DNA of 59,537 nt, taken from the IMG/VR virus record IMGVR_UViG_3300043640_000359, positions 1-59,537 of that record; one strand, written 5' to 3'. The position numbers and the translations under genes were made by a program. The first letter of the stretch is position 1. Every line of letters begins with the position of its first letter. Origin of the DNA: a virus. Taxonomy: Duplodnaviria > Caudoviricetes. This document shows, piece by piece, positions 55,337 through 59,537 of the stretch. The notes under the pieces are model-generated. The model did not search any database, was not told the origin of the DNA, and saw nothing but the letters and a program-made list of their open reading frames with translations.

Positions 55337-57649
55337 CTATCCTTTCAAAGCCGCCAATGCGGCCGACTGTTGTTCACGGAACCCGCGCTGCATAGCACTC
55401 TTGAGCGCAGTGTCGTAGGGTGCGCGCGCCGCTTCCACGTCGTTCCAGCGGGCGATGCGCGCGTCGTTGGCTTTCAGCATCTTGGTTGGGATGGCGGCCA
55501 GCACGGTACAGCGGCAGTTGATGTCCAGCTCTGCTTTGCCGAAGCCACCAGGGTACTGCGCCTTGGCACCGGCCACCACAAACGGATCGTCCACCGGCAC
55601 AATGGCCCCATCGAGACCCGCATGCTGTTCACGGGTGCGCGCATCCATCACCGCCAGCCATTCCTTCTCTTCGATGCCGGCTTGCTTGATGCCGCTGAGG
55701 GAGCCCCAGTTCGAGGAGCGCGCCACTTCGTTTCTGGCGATGAGCTCCGCGCGGTAGCCGGTGGCGTTCGAGAAGGTGGCGCGGACACGCGTCGCCAACT
55801 CGTCCAAGGTCTCACCCTTGTTCATGCCCTGGACCAACGTCTTGCGCAGCTCCCGACGCGTGGTGGCGTCAACAAGATCCTTGATACGCCGCGTGCCCCA
55901 CTGGCGCAAGAACCGCGTGGTCTGCGGATCCGCCAGATTGAACACGTCGGGATTCTCGAGGGAGTCCAACATGCGTTGGCCGAACACCTCCACCGTCTCA
56001 GTGATGATGGGCTTACCACGACGCACCAGCGGCTCGCTCTTGATGGAGCCGGTCACCTTGGCCACCAGGCGCTTCTGCTTCGTGTCCAGCGCCTTCACCC
56101 GTAGGAGGTGCGCGGCCTTGGAGTTCGGCTCGTCCGGATTCTCCTCGGTGGGGTCGGTGTCATCTTCGACATCCTCGAGGTCGTCCTCTTCCTCCTCGGG
56201 CAAGTCGTCGTCGAACTCGATATCGACATTCTCCTGATCGTCGCTCTCGTCCATGGGCGTGGCGCGGACCACCGTGTTGGCCGGCACCGCGAACACACGG
56301 CCTTGCTTGTCGGGCAGTGGGTCGGTCCCGGTGATCGCGCGCCACTCATCAAACGTGTAGGCCCAGGGACTGGCCTTCATGCTGTTGAGGAGGAACTCCT
56401 TGTCTTGCAGCGCCGGCGCTTCGTACAGCACCACCAGGCGCTTGTCGTACACGGGTGCCAGGCGCCACTGCAAAATCTCGCGCTGGAATTCGAGCCGCGG
56501 AATCACCACGTACTTCCACGTCAGGTAGTCGGCGGCTTCGATGGTGGCGCGGTTGGAGTTCTCCAGAATGCCGAAGATCTCCGGTGGCATCCCGTACACC
56601 TGCATGAACATGTCGCGTTCGTGCTGGCGCAACTCCGGCATCATCATGTCGCGGATGTTCTGGGAGAGGACCTCCACCTTGACATCGCGGTTCAGGAAGT
56701 ACGGCTTGAACATGTTGCCGATGCCCTGCAACCGTTCGAGCCACTTCTGTTCCAGGCGTGTCATCTCCTCCTTCTGGGCGTTAACGCCGTGGATGAGGAG
56801 GTCGGGCCGCGCGCGATTGATGAAGAACTGCTTCATGTATTTCGCGGCGTACTCGTCGGTCTCAAGCTCGTCCCCCAGCACATGGCCCGTGCCCACAGCA
56901 CGCTCGTAGGGCGACTCGGGTGCCGGGTGGTGCCACCACACGAAGCTGTCCTTCGGGATCTCGCTCATGCGGCCGTTGGGCGTACGCACCATATAGGTGC
57001 CCTCACCTTTGGCCGCAGCGTCGGGCGTGTCCCACGGTCGTTGCACCACCCATGTCGGCGGCACGGGCCAGAAGCCGGTGGGTCCGCCGGCGCGGTTCTT
57101 GTCCAGGATCCACCCACCACACCCGGCCATGTCGAGATAGTTCTGTGTGAGTTCACGACCGACCCGTCCGTTGAACTGGCTGTTGCCGTAGTCCAACGCC
57201 GTGAGCATGGGATGCCCGTCCAGGTACTCGAAAGCCTGCATGTCCACCATGTGGCGGAGCACCGACCCGCGCTTCGCCATGTCGGCGTTCTGCATGATGC
57301 GGGTCAACCCCTGCATCGACATGCGCGCTAAGGCCCGGCGCTCGTAGGCATCGGGCGTCCGCTTGCCCTGGCCATCGTCAGCCGGCACATTGGTGACGTA
57401 CCCTACGCGCCACACCACCGAACTCGACAGCTCCCCGATGCGCTTGACAATGGTGTGCAACCACGGCATGTGTTCGAAGCCGCGCAGCAGGTTCTGGGTG
57501 CCAATGCGGCGCGAGGTGGTGGGGCCATAGCCCGTGCTAAATTGCCACTGACCACCCTCGTTGGAGGCCGGATCACCAGGCGTCTGTTGCGCCTTGCCAT
57601 CAGGCTGGGTGTACCCAAACGCGCCGGCAATGCGATCGAGTAAACTCAT
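55337..57649 (-). CDS. Portal protein fused to MuF/SPP1 gp7-like domain
   Basis: HK97 portal motifs (YGMPPEIFG..NRAT); acidic linker; RAELIARNE, KEWLA..D.RTR.H and INCRC. Confidence 0.9.
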   Translation of the reverse strand: MSLLDRIAGAFGYTQPDGKAQQTPGDPASNEGGQWQFSTGYGPTTSRRIGTQNLLRGFEHMPWLHTIVKRIGELSSSVVWRVGYVTNVPADDGQGKRTPDAYERRALARMSMQGLTRIMQNADMAKRGSVLRHMVDMQAFEYLDGHPMLTALDYGNSQFNGRVGRELTQNYLDMAGCGGWILDKNRAGGPTGFWPVPPTWVVQRPWDTPDAAAKGEGTYMVRTPNGRMSEIPKDSFVWWHHPAPESPYERAVGTGHVLGDELETDEYAAKYMKQFFINRARPDLLIHGVNAQKEEMTRLEQKWLERLQGIGNMFKPYFLNRDVKVEVLSQNIRDMMMPELRQHERDMFMQVYGMPPEIFGILENSNRATIEAADYLTWKYVVIPRLEFQREILQWRLAPVYDKRLVVLYEAPALQDKEFLLNSMKASPWAYTFDEWRAITGTDPLPDKQGRVFAVPANTVVRATPMDESDDQENVDIEFDDDLPEEEEDDLEDVEDDTDPTEENPDEPNSKAAHLLRVKALDTKQKRLVAKVTGSIKSEPLVRRGKPIITETVEVFGQRMLDSLENPDVFNLADPQTTRFLRQWGTRRIKDLVDATTRRELRKTLVQGMNKGETLDELATRVRATFSNATGYRAELIARNEVARSSNWGSLSGIKQAGIEEKEWLAVMDARTREQHAGLDGAIVPVDDPFVVAGAKAQYPGGFGKAELDINCRCTVLAAIPTKMLKANDARIARWNDVEAARAPYDTALKSAMQRGFREQQSAALAALKG

Positions 57650-57915
57650 TTCGTCAGCTCCATGCGGCGCTCGATGGCGTCGATCAGCACCTTCAGCGCG
57701 TACTGACTCTCTTCGCTATAGCCACCCGTACCGCTTGAGAAGCGCGCGTACACGGTCATCATGACGTTGCCCAACGCCTCAACCGGCAGCATCGCCATCG
57801 CCCCGAGGAAGGCGCGGTCGGCGATGGCGATCTTCGCGGCCATCTCGAGGGAGCACTGGACGCATACGTCGTCCACCACACCATGCGGACACGGAACATT
57901 GGGTACAATCGCCAT
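57646..57915 (-). CDS. Hypothetical protein
   Basis: TGATG-coupled to terL; CPH..C..C. Confidence 0.55.
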   Translation of the reverse strand: MAIVPNVPCPHGVVDDVCVQCSLEMAAKIAIADRAFLGAMAMLPVEALGNVMMTVYARFSSGTGGYSEESQYALKVLIDAIERRMELTK

Positions 57916-59318
57916 CAGCCAAACTCCAACGGACCGGGTCCGTCCAACATCAACTCGGTCAAGGCCCACACCAGCGCGTCCATACGATCGGGACTCTTCT
58001 TGCCGGGGACCCACTCCGTCATCTGATCCTCGAGCTCCACGAACGAACCCACATGATGCACGCGGCCCTGCTCGTACAGCGCGGCCACGGGTTCGGCACG
58101 GGTGTACTTGCCGCGGCTCGCGCGCACGGTCTTGAAGTACACCGGCACCCCGAGCTCGACCGAGGCGGTCTTCACCACGAACTCCACCATGTCGCCGCCG
58201 TTGTTGATCTCGCCCACGATGGCGTCGGCCTGGCGATCGTCGAAGGCTTTCACCAGTGTCTGGCCCCAGGCGTTGGGCGACATGTTGTCACTGAGGTCGT
58301 CCCACACGTACCCATGACCACGCGCATCGATGCCGGCCACGATGATGCCGGTCTCGGGCAGCTTCCCCTCTGCCGCCTCGGTCCGCTTGTCTTCGTCGTC
58401 ATCCTTGTGCGACGCGCCAGGGTCAGCCGCCACCACCATACGTACCATGGCGGGCAGCGGCACCTCCTCGGTATGCCGGGCCACACGCGCGGCGTCGATG
58501 ATATCGTGCGTCCATAGGGCACCGGGCGTGTCGCTGAGGATCTCGGCATTCAGCTCTTGCCGGCCCAAGCGCGTGCCCGCATAGCGGTTGTACACAGTCG
58601 TGATGAAACGCGGCGGCAGGTTGCCCTTGTTGCTCTCCGTACTGGCCACCGTGAGCACCGTGCCCTGCATTTCGAGGACCGTTCGTAACGCCTTGCTGGG
58701 CCGTGGTGTGAAGGTCATCATCACCTGGGGGTGGGCACCCAAGCGTAACCCGAACTGTAGGTTGTCCCACACCTCCATCATGTAGCGGAACTTGGTCCAC
58801 TCGTCCAGCCACGCGCCATGATGCTGGGGTCCGCGCAGCTGGTCGGGTTCCTCACTGGAGTACAGAGTGGCGATAGAACCATCGGGCCACGTCAGCCGCC
58901 GGAGCGAGGGTTCGTACTTCGGCTTCCAGTACCAGGGCGACTGTTGCAGAAAGCCGCTCTCACCTTCCACCATGACATCGCGAATGTCGGCTGGCGTCTT
59001 GCCCACCAGTGCCCATCGCACGGGTCCATAGATCCGGCCCAGCCGATGGATCTCGTTGTTGCACCACTCGACCGCGCTGCGCGTCTTGCCTTCACCACGA
59101 CCCGCCATGCGACACCACGTGTCCCAGTCCATCTCCACCGGTGGGAGTTGGTTGGGTCGGCCAAACAGATCCCAGCGGTACGCCAGCACGCCACGCTCGG
59201 TGTCATCCAGCGCGCTCAGGAATTCATGGGTCTCGGTGGGGTAGTCCTCGAGCAACACCTGCATCAGACAGCGCGTCTCGGTGGGCTGATAGGTGGCCGC
59301 GACATTGACACTCGCCAT
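57915..59318 (-). CDS. terL: Terminase large subunit
   Basis: AGRGEGKT, LRGPQ, WLDE, ADPG and SPDRMDALVW. Confidence 0.95.
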   Translation of the reverse strand: MASVNVAATYQPTETRCLMQVLLEDYPTETHEFLSALDDTERGVLAYRWDLFGRPNQLPPVEMDWDTWCRMAGRGEGKTRSAVEWCNNEIHRLGRIYGPVRWALVGKTPADIRDVMVEGESGFLQQSPWYWKPKYEPSLRRLTWPDGSIATLYSSEEPDQLRGPQHHGAWLDEWTKFRYMMEVWDNLQFGLRLGAHPQVMMTFTPRPSKALRTVLEMQGTVLTVASTESNKGNLPPRFITTVYNRYAGTRLGRQELNAEILSDTPGALWTHDIIDAARVARHTEEVPLPAMVRMVVAADPGASHKDDDEDKRTEAAEGKLPETGIIVAGIDARGHGYVWDDLSDNMSPNAWGQTLVKAFDDRQADAIVGEINNGGDMVEFVVKTASVELGVPVYFKTVRASRGKYTRAEPVAALYEQGRVHHVGSFVELEDQMTEWVPGKKSPDRMDALVWALTELMLDGPGPLEFG

Positions 59319-59537
59319 GCTACCCGTCCGCCTTCTCAGCGATCTTGCTGGCGAGTTTGTTCAGGAGCGTGTCGAGCTTTTCGCTGGCGGCATTCACGGC
59401 CTCGTGATGGGTCTGCACCGTGAGCTCCACACTCTCGGTGGGCTTGCCATCCATGTACTCGGCGCTGAGGCGGAGGTAGTGATGCGCGTTCTTGCTGCTC
59501 CCACGAATGCCGCGGGCAATGGCGGCTTGAATCATGG
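59279..59537. repeat. Terminal direct repeat, right copy
   Basis: Matches 1-259 with 3 mismatches. Confidence 0.95.

Noticed and set aside
1-59537. Stop-codon reassignment
   Set aside because: TAA, TAG and TGA all end well-defined genes, and core genes are intact in the standard code.
1-59537. Lysogeny module, tRNA genes, introns or inteins
   Set aside because: No integrase, repressor, cloverleaf or interrupted core gene recognised by eye; not confirmed by software.

Overview
The window is an apparently complete genome of a GC-rich, long-tailed (siphovirus-type) dsDNA phage, about 59,278 bp unique. Positions 1-259 repeat at 59279-59537 with 3 synonymous differences. The + arm (1394-30048) holds many small early genes driven by a four-member promoter family, then a replication and nucleotide block: cold-shock protein, SNF2 helicase, RuvC-like resolvase, PD-(D/E)XK nuclease, FAD protein, dUTPase/MazG-HAD fusion, divergent ThyX, AAA_24, SSB, Nmad1-like protein, PolA and a primase-helicase. 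The - arm (665 wrapping through 59318 to 30246) holds terS, terL, a portal-MuF fusion, protease, capsid, neck, tail and lysis genes. I found no integrase, repressor, tRNA or CRISPR array, so the phage is probably lytic. Lipoproteins and an SLT endolysin suggest a diderm host. The best candidates for undescribed biology are: (1) a five-gene amino-sugar/glycosyltransferase operon between capsid and neck genes, possibly virion glycosylation; (2) a membrane-anchored PAS-domain protein coupled to the endolysin, possibly signal-responsive lysis; (3) a nucleotide-remodelling cluster around a ThyX with a broken signature motif, possibly a modified DNA base; (4) seven early-gene leaders made of 5-nt-periodic ACGGA repeats, usually after a hairpin. 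All family assignments come from reading motifs by eye; no searches were run.
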